Positions 27,653 to 36,983 of a DNA stretch of 64,000 nucleotides are shown piece by piece. Made by a program: the position numbers and the translations under genes. Under the pieces are notes generated by a model, which made no database searches, was not told where the DNA came from, and saw only the letters and a program-made list of their open reading frames with translations. How positions within the stretch are numbered: the stretch's first letter is position 1; each line of letters starts with the position of its first letter. The stretch spans positions 11,831 to 75,830 of the forward strand of contig JAWAZI010000002.1 in the NCBI GenBank assembly GCA_038817835.1, given 5' to 3'. The DNA is from Candidatus Pacearchaeota archaeon (lineage in GTDB: Archaea > Nanobdellota > Nanobdellia > Pacearchaeales > JAPDKA01).

Positions 27653-28378
27653 ATGAAAATAAAAGGAAAGGACTTTGAAATAAATTTGATAAAAAAACCT
27701 AAAGAAAATTCAATAATAATTGAGGGTTTTCCTGGCCTTGGGTTTGTTTCATCAATTGTTACTAATTATTTAATTCATCACTTACCAGCAAAATTTGTTG
27801 GTTATATTTCTACAAAAAAATTAGCTCCATTGGTAACTATTCATCAAACAAAAATTATTTACCCAATAGAAATATTTTACAATGAAGATTATAATATAAT
27901 TATAATACAATCCTCAACTTTAATAGAAGGAGTAGAATATGATATAGCCGAAATAATACTAGAATTTGCAAAAGCAATTAAAGCAAAAGAAATAATAACA
28001 ATAGAAGCTGTTGTATCAACTAAACCAGAAGAAAAAATATTTTTCTTCACAAACAATAAAAAAAAGGAAAAAATATTAAAAGAAAAAGGATTTGAGGAAA
28101 TAAAAGAAGGTATAATAGTTGGAGTTACTGGGGCTTTATTAATAGAAAGTGAAAAATTTCCATTAATTGGATTATTTGTAGAAACTAATCCAGAAATAAT
28201 AGATAATAGAGCTAGTGCAAAAATAATAGAGGCTTTAGATAAATATATAGGTCTAAAAATTGATTATGCACCATTATTAAAAAAAGCTGAAGAAATTGAG
28301 GAAAAAATTAAAAATTTAATAGAAAAAATAATAGAAACAAAAAAAGAAAAAGAAAAAAGAATAAGTTATGCTGGATAA
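27653..28378 (+). CDS. PAC2-family proteasome assembly chaperone (PbaA/PbaB-like)
   Basis: 241 aa. Contains IIEGFPGLGFVSSIVTNYLI near the N-terminus. The C-terminal K/E-rich helix ends ISYAG. Confidence 0.7.
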   Translation: MKIKGKDFEINLIKKPKENSIIIEGFPGLGFVSSIVTNYLIHHLPAKFVGYISTKKLAPLVTIHQTKIIYPIEIFYNEDYNIIIIQSSTLIEGVEYDIAEIILEFAKAIKAKEIITIEAVVSTKPEEKIFFFTNNKKKEKILKEKGFEEIKEGIIVGVTGALLIESEKFPLIGLFVETNPEIIDNRASAKIIEALDKYIGLKIDYAPLLKKAEEIEEKIKNLIEKIIETKKEKEKRISYAG

Positions 28379-28428
28379 TTATTTTAAAACAACAAAAAAT
28401 TTTTAAATTATTTTAAAATTAATGTTGA

Positions 28429-28734
28429 ATGAAATTTTGTCCAAAATGTGGTGCTATACTTATAAAGAAAGATGATCTTTGGGTTTGTCCTAAGGGGGAT
28501 TATAAAAGTAAAGAAAAAATAAAAATAGAAGTAAAAGAAAGTCAAGAAAAAGAAGTTCTAGGAATAATTAAAGGGGAAGAAACTAGTGTATATCCAATAA
28601 CTACTGCTATTTGTCCAAAATGTGGAAATCGTAAGGCATATTTCTTTACAGCACAAACTAGAGCTGGAGATGAAGCAGAAACAAGATTTTTTATTTGTAC
28701 TAAATGTAAATATAAATGGAGAGAATACAGCTAA
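28429..28734 (+). CDS. tfs: transcription factor S (TFS / RpoM-like)
   Basis: 101 aa. Has an N-terminal Zn ribbon (MKFCPKCGAIL...WVCPKG) and a C-terminal TFIIS-type ribbon (CPKCGNRKAYFFTAQTRAGDEAETRFFICTKC) containing the acidic DE loop. Confidence 0.9.
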   Translation: MKFCPKCGAILIKKDDLWVCPKGDYKSKEKIKIEVKESQEKEVLGIIKGEETSVYPITTAICPKCGNRKAYFFTAQTRAGDEAETRFFICTKCKYKWREYS

Positions 28735-28782
28735 AAAAATAAAAAATAAAAAAATTAATTTTTTATCTAACTATTTTATTTT

Positions 28783-29121
28783 TTATTGTCTTCCCAAAGT
28801 CCAAAGACTTCTCAATGCTACTATAATTGTTGCTGGAACAAATAGATAAAGGAAGTTATCCAAAATTGTTGATAAAAATGTTAGTGACCCAAATGCTTTC
28901 CCTCCTAATGCTGCAACAATAACAAAGATAGTTCCTGCAAATAAAAATGGTTGAGTTTCCTCAACTGTAATATTTAACAACCCTATTATCAATCCTATTA
29001 TTACCAAAATCCATGCAACCCATGTTTGGAATGGTATAAAACCAAAGATCACTGCCAATATTACTCCTATCAAAAAAGCTATACTACCAACAATATTTGA
29101 TGATTTCTTTTTTGCTACCAT
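28783..29121 (-). CDS. membrane protein (3-4 TM), hypothetical
   Basis: 112 aa, hydrophobic throughout. Confidence 0.55.
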   Translation of the reverse strand: MVAKKKSSNIVGSIAFLIGVILAVIFGFIPFQTWVAWILVIIGLIIGLLNITVEETQPFLFAGTIFVIVAALGGKAFGSLTFLSTILDNFLYLFVPATIIVALRSLWTLGRQ

Positions 29122-29204
29122 TTTAATTTAAATTTTTATTTTATAATTTAAAAATAGATTAATATTTAAAAATTTTTCTAAGTAAATATTCTAAAATTTT
29201 TTAA

Positions 29205-29288
29205 CGCCCGGGGTGGGACTCGAACCCACAAGGGTATACCCCACTGGCTCTCAAGGCCAGCGCGTCTACCAAATTCCGCCACCCGGGC
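29205..29288 (-). tRNA. tRNA-Ser (anticodon TGA)
   Basis: The reverse complement is GCCCGGGTGGCGGAATTTGGTAGACGCGCTGGCCTTGAGAGCCAG-long variable arm-GTGGGTTCGAGTCCCACCCCGGGCG. This is a class II tRNA. Confidence 0.9.
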
Positions 29289-29322
29289 TTAAAATATGAT
29301 AAATTATTTTTTATAAAGTTTA

Positions 29323-29568
29323 TCAAAGAAATTTAAAAATTATCCAGATTAAAAAGAAAACAATAAATAAAATAATAAATAAAAATAAAGCTAATAAAAT
29401 AGCTTTTTTGCTTGTTCCAAAAGCAAAAGGAATAAATCCAATTATTCCAACAACTCCAACTTCTGCTTTTGAAGTTGAATTTAAATTTTTTATTACATAA
29501 ATTAAAATCATAAATATTGATAAAATAAAAAATAATATTGCTAAAATTAAAAAAATTTCAGATTTCAT
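29323..29568 (-). CDS. small membrane protein (3 TM), last gene of the long minus-strand block
   Basis: 81 aa. ATGA overlap with the upstream 461-aa gene. Confidence 0.5.
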   Translation of the reverse strand: MKSEIFLILAILFFILSIFMILIYVIKNLNSTSKAEVGVVGIIGFIPFAFGTSKKAILLALFLFIILFIVFFLIWIIFKFL

Positions 29569-30950
29569 ATTGATTTATATGGGCTTGGATGACCTGGCAT
29601 ATCTCTAGATTTTTTAAATGTATTATATATACTAAAGCACAAATCTTTAATCTCTTCCTCAACTAAACCTCTCAAATATTTCTCATAATAATTTTCTTTA
29701 TTTATTTCTTTTACATCTCTCAATATTTTTTCTTTCTTTTCTTTTACCTCTTTCTTTTCTTTTCCCTTAAATATATTAATCAAATCTGTAATTATTCCCT
29801 GCTTCAGAGTTGATTTTTTTTCTTTAATTTCTTCCTTTTTTTCTTCTAAAAATTTTTTTAGATCTTCTTCCATAATTTTAAGCGATTCTTCAGTTAAATC
29901 TGTAAAAAGTTTAATTACTTCCTCAAATTCTGATTTTTCCAATTCTTTTTTAAAAAAATTAAATTGATCTTCATTAAGAACATATGCTTTAAAATTTAAA
30001 TCTACTCTACCTGTAAAAATATAAAATTCTTGTTTTCTAATATCTGTATGGGGAATGGATCTAAAATTAAAATCTATAAAAATAAGACCATAAAAATTTC
30101 TAATTTTTTTCTTTTTAAAATATTCTTTTAATTCCTTTGGTAAAATATTTATATCATATTTTTTAAAACATTGTAAAAGTAAATTCAAAATTATAGTTGA
30201 AAATATAGAAACTAAAGAAGCTTCTTTAGTTTCTTTTTCTAATAATCCTTCTGCAGCTCTCAAATAAGGTTTTAACCATCTAGAATAAAGTTTTAAACTA
30301 GCTACTTGACTCTTTAAATAATTTTTCTCTAATTTATATCTATTTCTTAATTCAACTTCACTTAATTGTAGCCATTGATTAAATTCAGATAATCTACTAA
30401 GTAATAACCTTCTTACTCTATCATTTAAATCAAGTTTATAAACATCATCAATAGTTTTTGCTGCAAAAAATGCATCTCTCAAAGTTACAAATTCTAATGA
30501 TCTTGTTAATTCATTTATAGATCCCCTTCCCTTCTGAGCATCAACAAAAGTTATCCATATTTCTTTTAAAGCATTTAATGCTCCTTCTCTCTCTATAGGA
30601 TTTTTACTCTTTAATTTATCATATAAGCTTAATCTTATTTCAAATTGTTTTAAATCGTAAATTAAATTTATTATACTCTTTACAATTTGGTTAATATAAC
30701 CTAAATAACTTATAACTTTTTCTTGCATTATACCTGCTTTTCTACCAAGTTCTGAAGAATAACCACCTCCAGGAGAAGTTGCAAAATTATCAATAAGTTT
30801 CTCAACATTAAAACCCAAATTTCTAGTAAAATCTAAAATCCAATAATATATAGGTTCAAGCTGCTGAAATGGAGAATCATAAGTCAATTTAAATTCTGCA
30901 AGTGGTTCTTTAATTTCTAATTTCTCTAATATTTTTTTTATTTCTTCCAT
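29565..30950 (-). CDS. hypothetical 461-aa protein with K/E-rich coiled-coil C-terminal third
   Basis: No recognisable family. Separated by 1 nt from the Zn-ribbon gene upstream. Confidence 0.6.
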   Translation of the reverse strand: MEEIKKILEKLEIKEPLAEFKLTYDSPFQQLEPIYYWILDFTRNLGFNVEKLIDNFATSPGGGYSSELGRKAGIMQEKVISYLGYINQIVKSIINLIYDLKQFEIRLSLYDKLKSKNPIEREGALNALKEIWITFVDAQKGRGSINELTRSLEFVTLRDAFFAAKTIDDVYKLDLNDRVRRLLLSRLSEFNQWLQLSEVELRNRYKLEKNYLKSQVASLKLYSRWLKPYLRAAEGLLEKETKEASLVSIFSTIILNLLLQCFKKYDINILPKELKEYFKKKKIRNFYGLIFIDFNFRSIPHTDIRKQEFYIFTGRVDLNFKAYVLNEDQFNFFKKELEKSEFEEVIKLFTDLTEESLKIMEEDLKKFLEEKKEEIKEKKSTLKQGIITDLINIFKGKEKKEVKEKKEKILRDVKEINKENYYEKYLRGLVEEEIKDLCFSIYNTFKKSRDMPGHPSPYKSI

Positions 30951-30951
30951 T

Positions 30952-31305
30952 TTATTTTCTCATTAACTCAAATGTAGAAGCTAAATCAATGATATATTTT
31001 CCTTCTTCTATTTTAAAGATAATTGGATTTTTCTTAAATAATTTAACTAAATCTATCTCAAATTTTCCTGGTTTTATTGCTCTTATTGATTCTAAATCTA
31101 AAATTACAGGAGTTTCTTCTGGAATTTTTATTATTTCTTTTATTTCTTTCTCAATTTCCTTCACTTCTTCTTGAGTTAAATTTATTATTTCCTCTTTTGG
31201 CTTCTCCTTAAAAAAATAAAAAAATTTACTACCACATTTACATCCTTTTAATATTACATTTGATTCTTCATATATCCTTCCACATCTAACACATTCATAA
31301 GGCAT
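30952..31305 (-). CDS. Zn-ribbon protein (COG3364-like, OapC-like)
   Basis: 117 aa. The N-terminus is MPYECVRCGRIYEE....LKGCKCGSKFFYF. Confidence 0.65.
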   Translation of the reverse strand: MPYECVRCGRIYEESNVILKGCKCGSKFFYFFKEKPKEEIINLTQEEVKEIEKEIKEIIKIPEETPVILDLESIRAIKPGKFEIDLVKLFKKNPIIFKIEEGKYIIDLASTFELMRK

Positions 31306-31336
31306 AAAAAAGAAAATAAAAACATATTTAAATATT

Positions 31337-31720
31337 TTATATTTTCAGATATAATTCAAGTTTACTAATATCTTTTTTTATTTCCCTTACAATTGTCGCT
31401 GGACCAATTATAGTAATCATATCCCTATCTCCAACCAAAGCATCAGCAAGTTTTTTTCTTAATTTACCAAATATATTATCTTCTGGTTTTGGTACTAAAG
31501 TTGCAATCTCAATTCCTTTAAAATTTTTTCTTTTTCCTATATTAACCATAGTTTCCTCTATTAAATCTGCTTCTTCATCATGACTCAATTTTCCTTGTAA
31601 AATAATTATTTTATTTTCCTTTATATTATCGAGTAAAAATTTAACTCTCTTATAACTTGAAAGATTTTCTATTTTTGAAAATGGTATAAACTGAATTTTT
31701 ATACCTTTTATTTTTTTCAT
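31337..31720 (-). CDS. DUF2073-like protein (OapB-like)
   Basis: 127 aa. Contains LSSYKRVKFLLDNIKENKIIILQGKLSHDEEADLIEETM..I......FKGIEI, which matches my memory of the DUF2073 consensus. Confidence 0.6.
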   Translation of the reverse strand: MKKIKGIKIQFIPFSKIENLSSYKRVKFLLDNIKENKIIILQGKLSHDEEADLIEETMVNIGKRKNFKGIEIATLVPKPEDNIFGKLRKKLADALVGDRDMITIIGPATIVREIKKDISKLELYLKI

Positions 31721-32373
31721 TTTCTCTTTATTTTAGATTTTTTAATTAAATTAAATAAAGTCTCATAAAATTCTTCCATATTTTTGCCATATTTAGCTGA
31801 AATACCAACAACATCATATTCAGGAAATGCTGCTTCTATTGCTTTTAAATTTGCTCTCTTTAAATCAATTTTATTTGCTACAATCATTAAAGGAATTTTT
31901 CTAGCAGCTATATTACCTATAATTGTAATATTTACTTGACTATAAGGATTCTCGCATGCATCTAAAACTACAATTATAACATCCATATCATCTATCCATT
32001 TTATAGCCTCTATAACTCCTCTTGTTGCTTCTTTTGCTCTTTTTCTTGCTTCTGATTTACTTAAACCATAACGTAAAAAATTCTCATAATCAATTTTAGT
32101 TGTTATTCCTGGAGTATCAACAATTTTAAAATTTAAACTTTTTCCTTTATGTGTAATTTTTACACCTTCTTTTATTGTTATCTCTCTTGTCTCATGTGGT
32201 ATATTACTTACTTTTCCAATCTCTTCACCAATCCAATCTTTACATATTCTATTTGCTAAAGTAGTTTTTCCTGCATTTGGAGGACCATAAAAACCTAATT
32301 TTAATTCTCTCTTTACTGAAAATATATTATTAAAAATTCTTTGAAAAAAATTTGTAATAATTCTTATAACCAT
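31717..32373 (-). CDS. small GTP-binding protein (OapA-like archaeal GTPase)
   Basis: 218 aa. G1 is GPPNAGKTTL, G3 is DTPG and G4 is NKID, with SAK near the end. Confidence 0.8.
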   Translation of the reverse strand: MVIRIITNFFQRIFNNIFSVKRELKLGFYGPPNAGKTTLANRICKDWIGEEIGKVSNIPHETREITIKEGVKITHKGKSLNFKIVDTPGITTKIDYENFLRYGLSKSEARKRAKEATRGVIEAIKWIDDMDVIIVVLDACENPYSQVNITIIGNIAARKIPLMIVANKIDLKRANLKAIEAAFPEYDVVGISAKYGKNMEEFYETLFNLIKKSKIKRK

Positions 32374-32375
32374 TT

Positions 32376-34916
32376 TTATCTAATTTTTAAAGTCTTTTTA
32401 ACTTTTTTTATTATATAATCTACTTGCTGTTTTTTCCATCCAGCATTTAAAAGTTGTTGTCTTATCTCATTTTCTTTTTTTCCACTTTTTAAAGAGTTTG
32501 AAACAAAATTAAATAAATTATAATAATCCGCAGCATATGGGAAAAGTTTTTTCTCTTTTTCTTTTTGTTTTATTTTTAAATTTTTAATAATATGTGGGGC
32601 CCAAATTATAATTAAACCTATAATAACCAATATTATTAAGATTATTGAGATAAATAATAAAGGACTTTTTCTTTTTTCATATAATTCTGGTTCTCCATAT
32701 ATTTCTTCACATTCTATTTCATCTATATTATTTGGTGTAGCATAAATATTTACTTCATAAGGAATTATCTCATCATTGTATGCAATTTCTACTGAAGTAG
32801 TATTAAAGCTTATAGCATTTCCTAAATCATTAAAGTTTTTATATGAGTAAATGTCTGAAGATGGTAATTCAACAATTATATTTCCATTATTAATTAAAGA
32901 TAAATAAATAACAGTTATTTTCTTTGTTTCACCATTATAAAATATTATATTTACTATTTTTCCTGAAATTTTTAGTTTTTTATTATTCCATAAAGCTAAA
33001 CTTTTTTTACACGAATCACTATCACAATTGCAATTTCCTAAAATTCTCTCAACATTATCTAAATTTATTTTTTCCCAATTAACAATATAAGTAATCTGTG
33101 GATAATTTGAAATCATTATATTTTTTGGTATTTTATTTTTTAAATTATCAAATTCATTTTTTATTGAATCTAAATCTCCACCAGAAGATAAATTTACTAA
33201 TAACTCTCTAAGTTTATTTTTAGTTTCATTAAGCTCAATTAAATCTATTAGCCAAGATTTATAAAATTCTCCACTTAAATTATTTTCAAAATTTTTGATA
33301 TCATTAATAGCTTTATTCAATGAAGAATTTAATGTATCTTTATCAATACCAACTACTATCTCAAATCCTCTAACTCCAAAAAAATTTTTTTCATCAACTA
33401 CTTTAACAGTTACTAAATATTTTCCAGAATTAGAATATTTATGCTCAAAAATACCATTAGAATTACTTTCTATTGAAGATCCATCACCCCAGTTAACTTC
33501 ATAGTTAATTATATTCCCATTTGGAGAATATGCAATTATTCTAAATTCAGTTTCTTCATTAACAATTACCTTGTTTGGAATTATAGCTGCAATAATAGGA
33601 ACATCTTCTACATAAAATGTTTCAGTTGCTATCAAATAATTATCAAAATAAATTTTTAAAGTATAATTGCCTTTAATACGAGGTGCAGTTAAATTAAAAA
33701 CTTCTAAAGGAATAGATATAAAACCTTTACTATCTACTTTAGGATATTCTACACCAATTTCACTAAATTTATCTAAAAGTAAAGAAGTTCCTCCAGAAAC
33801 AAATCTCAAGTTTAGATCTTTCAAATTAAATCTTTGAGTTGAGTTTATAAATAACGGAATAATACAACCATTACTACAATTATTGTTATATTTTGAATTT
33901 ATATAGTTATTTATATCATTAATCAAATTTTTCTTTGTTTGCTCAAAATAAACTGAAGAATTAAAATTTACATCACCAATTAATCCTCTATTTTTATATT
34001 CTGCAATAAATAAACCATAATGTGATCCGCTATATTGAATTAAAAAAGTATCACTAACATCAGCTCTTACACAAACCTCATAATTTCCTTCTTCTACAAA
34101 AACATCTATATCACAACTAACATAGCTATAATCTCCGCTATAATCTGTAGTATTACATTCTTTAACTATGCCATGTGGTGTTTTTATCTTAAAAAATATA
34201 GTTCCTAGTTGTGAAAAATTTTTTAACTTTATAATACCTCCAACTTTTACTTTACCAGCTGTATATTTTAATGTTATATTATCACAATATTCTTGAGTAG
34301 TTAATATTGCATCATAATTATAACTGAAATTAGTTGGAAACTTAAGTGAACAATTAGAATCTGAAGGATTAATATATAAGTAATCTATACTACCATCAAT
34401 AAAAAGATCTATAATTAAAGGAATATTCCCACATGAATCTTGTTGATTATTTTCTCCACTAATAACAAAACTTAAATCTTGAACATTTACATTTTCTCCA
34501 TTAAGATTAAAACCAATAAATTTTTCTCCAGAGCCACTAATATTTTCATTTGTACTTTTAACATAAAAAACTTTATCACAAGTAACTTTTATATTATTAT
34601 ACCAGCAATCATAATTAATGTTAGTTTTATTCAAAATTTCTAAAATCTTTAATATAGAGTATTTCCCAGTTCCTAATATCTCTGCTTTTATTTTTGATTG
34701 AGAAGAATCATTTTTCAAACTTATATTAAGATATCCATTTATTAATTGATTAGCTCCAACAGGATTAACTATTAACTTTGGATTACCAATTTCATAGGCA
34801 GATACATTTACTAAAAAAATAAAAAAAATTAAAAAAACAAACTTCAACCCCTTTTTCATTAAAAATATTTTAAAAAACATAATTAAAAATTTTTCTTTTC
34901 TAAATTTTCTCTTCAA
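32376..34916 (-). CDS. large surface protein with PKD domain, C-terminal TM anchor and short cytoplasmic tail
   Basis: 846 aa by the track. The signal-peptide-like start MKKGLKFVFLIFFIFLVNVSA at 34859 is more likely. The PKD block is YEVNWGDGSS...HKYSNSGKYLVTVKVVDEKN. The TM is LLFISIILIILVIIGLIIIW, followed by a basic tail. Confidence 0.7.
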   Translation of the reverse strand: MKRKFRKEKFLIMFFKIFLMKKGLKFVFLIFFIFLVNVSAYEIGNPKLIVNPVGANQLINGYLNISLKNDSSQSKIKAEILGTGKYSILKILEILNKTNINYDCWYNNIKVTCDKVFYVKSTNENISGSGEKFIGFNLNGENVNVQDLSFVISGENNQQDSCGNIPLIIDLFIDGSIDYLYINPSDSNCSLKFPTNFSYNYDAILTTQEYCDNITLKYTAGKVKVGGIIKLKNFSQLGTIFFKIKTPHGIVKECNTTDYSGDYSYVSCDIDVFVEEGNYEVCVRADVSDTFLIQYSGSHYGLFIAEYKNRGLIGDVNFNSSVYFEQTKKNLINDINNYINSKYNNNCSNGCIIPLFINSTQRFNLKDLNLRFVSGGTSLLLDKFSEIGVEYPKVDSKGFISIPLEVFNLTAPRIKGNYTLKIYFDNYLIATETFYVEDVPIIAAIIPNKVIVNEETEFRIIAYSPNGNIINYEVNWGDGSSIESNSNGIFEHKYSNSGKYLVTVKVVDEKNFFGVRGFEIVVGIDKDTLNSSLNKAINDIKNFENNLSGEFYKSWLIDLIELNETKNKLRELLVNLSSGGDLDSIKNEFDNLKNKIPKNIMISNYPQITYIVNWEKINLDNVERILGNCNCDSDSCKKSLALWNNKKLKISGKIVNIIFYNGETKKITVIYLSLINNGNIIVELPSSDIYSYKNFNDLGNAISFNTTSVEIAYNDEIIPYEVNIYATPNNIDEIECEEIYGEPELYEKRKSPLLFISIILIILVIIGLIIIWAPHIIKNLKIKQKEKEKKLFPYAADYYNLFNFVSNSLKSGKKENEIRQQLLNAGWKKQQVDYIIKKVKKTLKIR

Positions 34917-35979
34917 TTAAATTTTTCTTTTCCTCCTTCCACAATCTCAACAAATTACTTTTAAATCTATCTAAATCCTCTATTTTCATAGATGCCCCTA
35001 AAGCACAATCATGACCACCAGCACTAGCATTTTCTATACCATTAATAGCTTTAATAACAATATCCCTAATTTTATATCTACTTCTTATTGATATTTTAGC
35101 TGTATCTCCTTTTAAATATGCAACAACAATTATTTTATTTGGATATTTATAAAGCAATGCATTAGAGATTTCAGCAGAAATACTTAAATTACCACCATAT
35201 TGAAAAAATAATATTTCGTGTTTAGCAAAATTTTCAGCTTTTTCTATTAATTTTGAAAATTTTTTATAAATATAATTAAATCTTTTGTGAATTCCTTTAT
35301 TTTTTTCATTTATTTCTAATATTTCATAGGGTGTTTCAACTTTAGATAAAAATTTTAGCATTTTTGTTATATTTGTTGTTGTATCTTTTAAACCAAAGTT
35401 TAATATTTGAATTATTTTTCCAAAAGAAGTTTCATATAATATTTTTGAAACATCTTCAGTTTTTCCAATTTCAAATAAATCTTTATATTCATTATAAATT
35501 TGATCAAAATATTCTGGAATAAACCAATCTGATATACATCCTAAACCTGCAATCCAAAGATATTTTTTGTTTTCTATTAACTCATAAACCCAATAAGTTG
35601 TTGGTTTACTTATCCCTTTAAGAATAGTAGGATTAAATAATATTCTAACATTCTGATCAAAATATTCTAACATATTTATATCTTTATGATGATCAATCCA
35701 AACAAAATGATAATTTTTATCTTTTATATAATCAAGAAAAAGTTTTGAAATTTTTGGTTTATCTAAAACAAAGATACTATCAGGATTTATTTCTTCTATT
35801 TTTCTTATATAATTAAAACTTAATTCAGGAAAAGTTTTTATTGCGACTCCTTTTCCTTTTTCATAAGTTTTTTTAAATAATAAAAAAGATGCTAAACCAT
35901 CAACATCATTATCAAAAAAATATAATGGATTAGAAGAGTTCATTAAAATTTCTTTTATTTTTTTAATTATATCACTCAT
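34900..35979 (-). CDS. stand-alone DHH/DHHA1 phosphoesterase (NrnA/DhhP-like; RecJ/GAN-like is the alternative)
   Basis: 359 aa. Contains motif I DNDVDGLAS, DHH motif WIDHHKD, and DHHA1 motif SAGGHDCALGA. Confidence 0.75.
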   Translation of the reverse strand: MSDIIKKIKEILMNSSNPLYFFDNDVDGLASFLLFKKTYEKGKGVAIKTFPELSFNYIRKIEEINPDSIFVLDKPKISKLFLDYIKDKNYHFVWIDHHKDINMLEYFDQNVRILFNPTILKGISKPTTYWVYELIENKKYLWIAGLGCISDWFIPEYFDQIYNEYKDLFEIGKTEDVSKILYETSFGKIIQILNFGLKDTTTNITKMLKFLSKVETPYEILEINEKNKGIHKRFNYIYKKFSKLIEKAENFAKHEILFFQYGGNLSISAEISNALLYKYPNKIIVVAYLKGDTAKISIRSRYKIRDIVIKAINGIENASAGGHDCALGASMKIEDLDRFKSNLLRLWKEEKKNLIEEKI

Positions 35980-36983
35980 AATGAAGAAAAAAATTCTTTT
36001 ATTTTTTTTGCCTTTTTTTCTTTTATTCCTTTCTCTATAAAATCATTAATATCAGCTTCTATTATATTTTTCAAATTTCCAAAATTTTTTATTATTAATT
36101 CTCTTTCATTTTCATTAATAATATAAATTTTTTTTAGTAACCTATATCCTAAAGGAGTTAAATGATCAACAAGTTTATTTGATTCAAACAATTTTATTAT
36201 AAATTTGGGAGATATAATTTCATGATAGTCTGCTTTATTTAATGCTTCTTCTATATTATCAAAATTTATTTGATTATGATAATCTCTTTTTATTGATTCT
36301 ATCTCTTCATTTATAAAATTTTTAATTTCTTCAAATTGAAATTTTATAGTTCTTCCTTCTACTCCAAGTTCAGCCAAATAAAGTAAAAGTATATCAGAGA
36401 TATAGTCAAATATTTTTTTTCTTTGAAATATATTTGCTATATCTTCTATATTAACTATATCCAAAATTTCAGCTGTATTTAAATGTTTTACTAATTTTTC
36501 AAAGTTTTCTCTATGTCTATCTAAAACAGAAAAAGTTTCTCTTGCTTTAATTAAAAGATCACTTATATAATTTAATCTTAATTTTTTATTTCCATAATAT
36601 ACTGTTGCTATTTTGGTTTTCTCTGAAATAGCTAAAACAATTGCATTAAATTGTTTAGCAGTTCTCTCAGCAGCTTGATGTCTTGTTCCAGTTTCCTCAC
36701 TAACTATTCTTGAATTTGGAGTAAGCAAAACATTAGCATAAACAATTTTATCATCTTTAACAATTATTGCTCCATCAAGTTTTGCTAATTCTACTAATAA
36801 TTCTTCTGTCAATTTTTTATTTACTTTAAAACCCCCTTTACATATCTTCGTTATTTTTTTAAAATTATTATTATCTGCAAAAACTATTAGTGCTCCTCTA
36901 TAAGCACGAGTAATTTTCTCTATAGCATTTCTTAATATACTCCCATAAGAAAACATTTCTAAAATTTTTAATTTTGTTTCCAT
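35976..36983 (-). CDS. disA: DisA-type diadenylate cyclase (DAC domain + helical linker + C-terminal HhH)
   Basis: 335 aa. Collinear with bacterial DisA: GALIVF, ELAKLDGAIIV (DGA), ETGTRHQAAERTAKQ (RHR motif present as RHQ), VLAISEKT, PLGYRLLKKI, and a C-terminal HhH-like ...IIEADINDFIEKGIKEKKAKKIKEF. Confidence 0.8.
   Translation of the reverse strand: METKLKILEMFSYGSILRNAIEKITRAYRGALIVFADNNNFKKITKICKGGFKVNKKLTEELLVELAKLDGAIIVKDDKIVYANVLLTPNSRIVSEETGTRHQAAERTAKQFNAIVLAISEKTKIATVYYGNKKLRLNYISDLLIKARETFSVLDRHRENFEKLVKHLNTAEILDIVNIEDIANIFQRKKIFDYISDILLLYLAELGVEGRTIKFQFEEIKNFINEEIESIKRDYHNQINFDNIEEALNKADYHEIISPKFIIKLFESNKLVDHLTPLGYRLLKKIYIINENERELIIKNFGNLKNIIEADINDFIEKGIKEKKAKKIKEFFSSL

Noticed and set aside
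34900-35979. Calling the DHH/DHHA1 protein the replicative GAN/RecJ-Cdc45 homologue.
   Set aside because: This is possible but less favoured. The protein is 359 aa, whereas archaeal GAN/RecJ proteins are about 450-480 aa as I recall. It is also translationally coupled to DisA. I left it as the stated alternative rather than the primary call.
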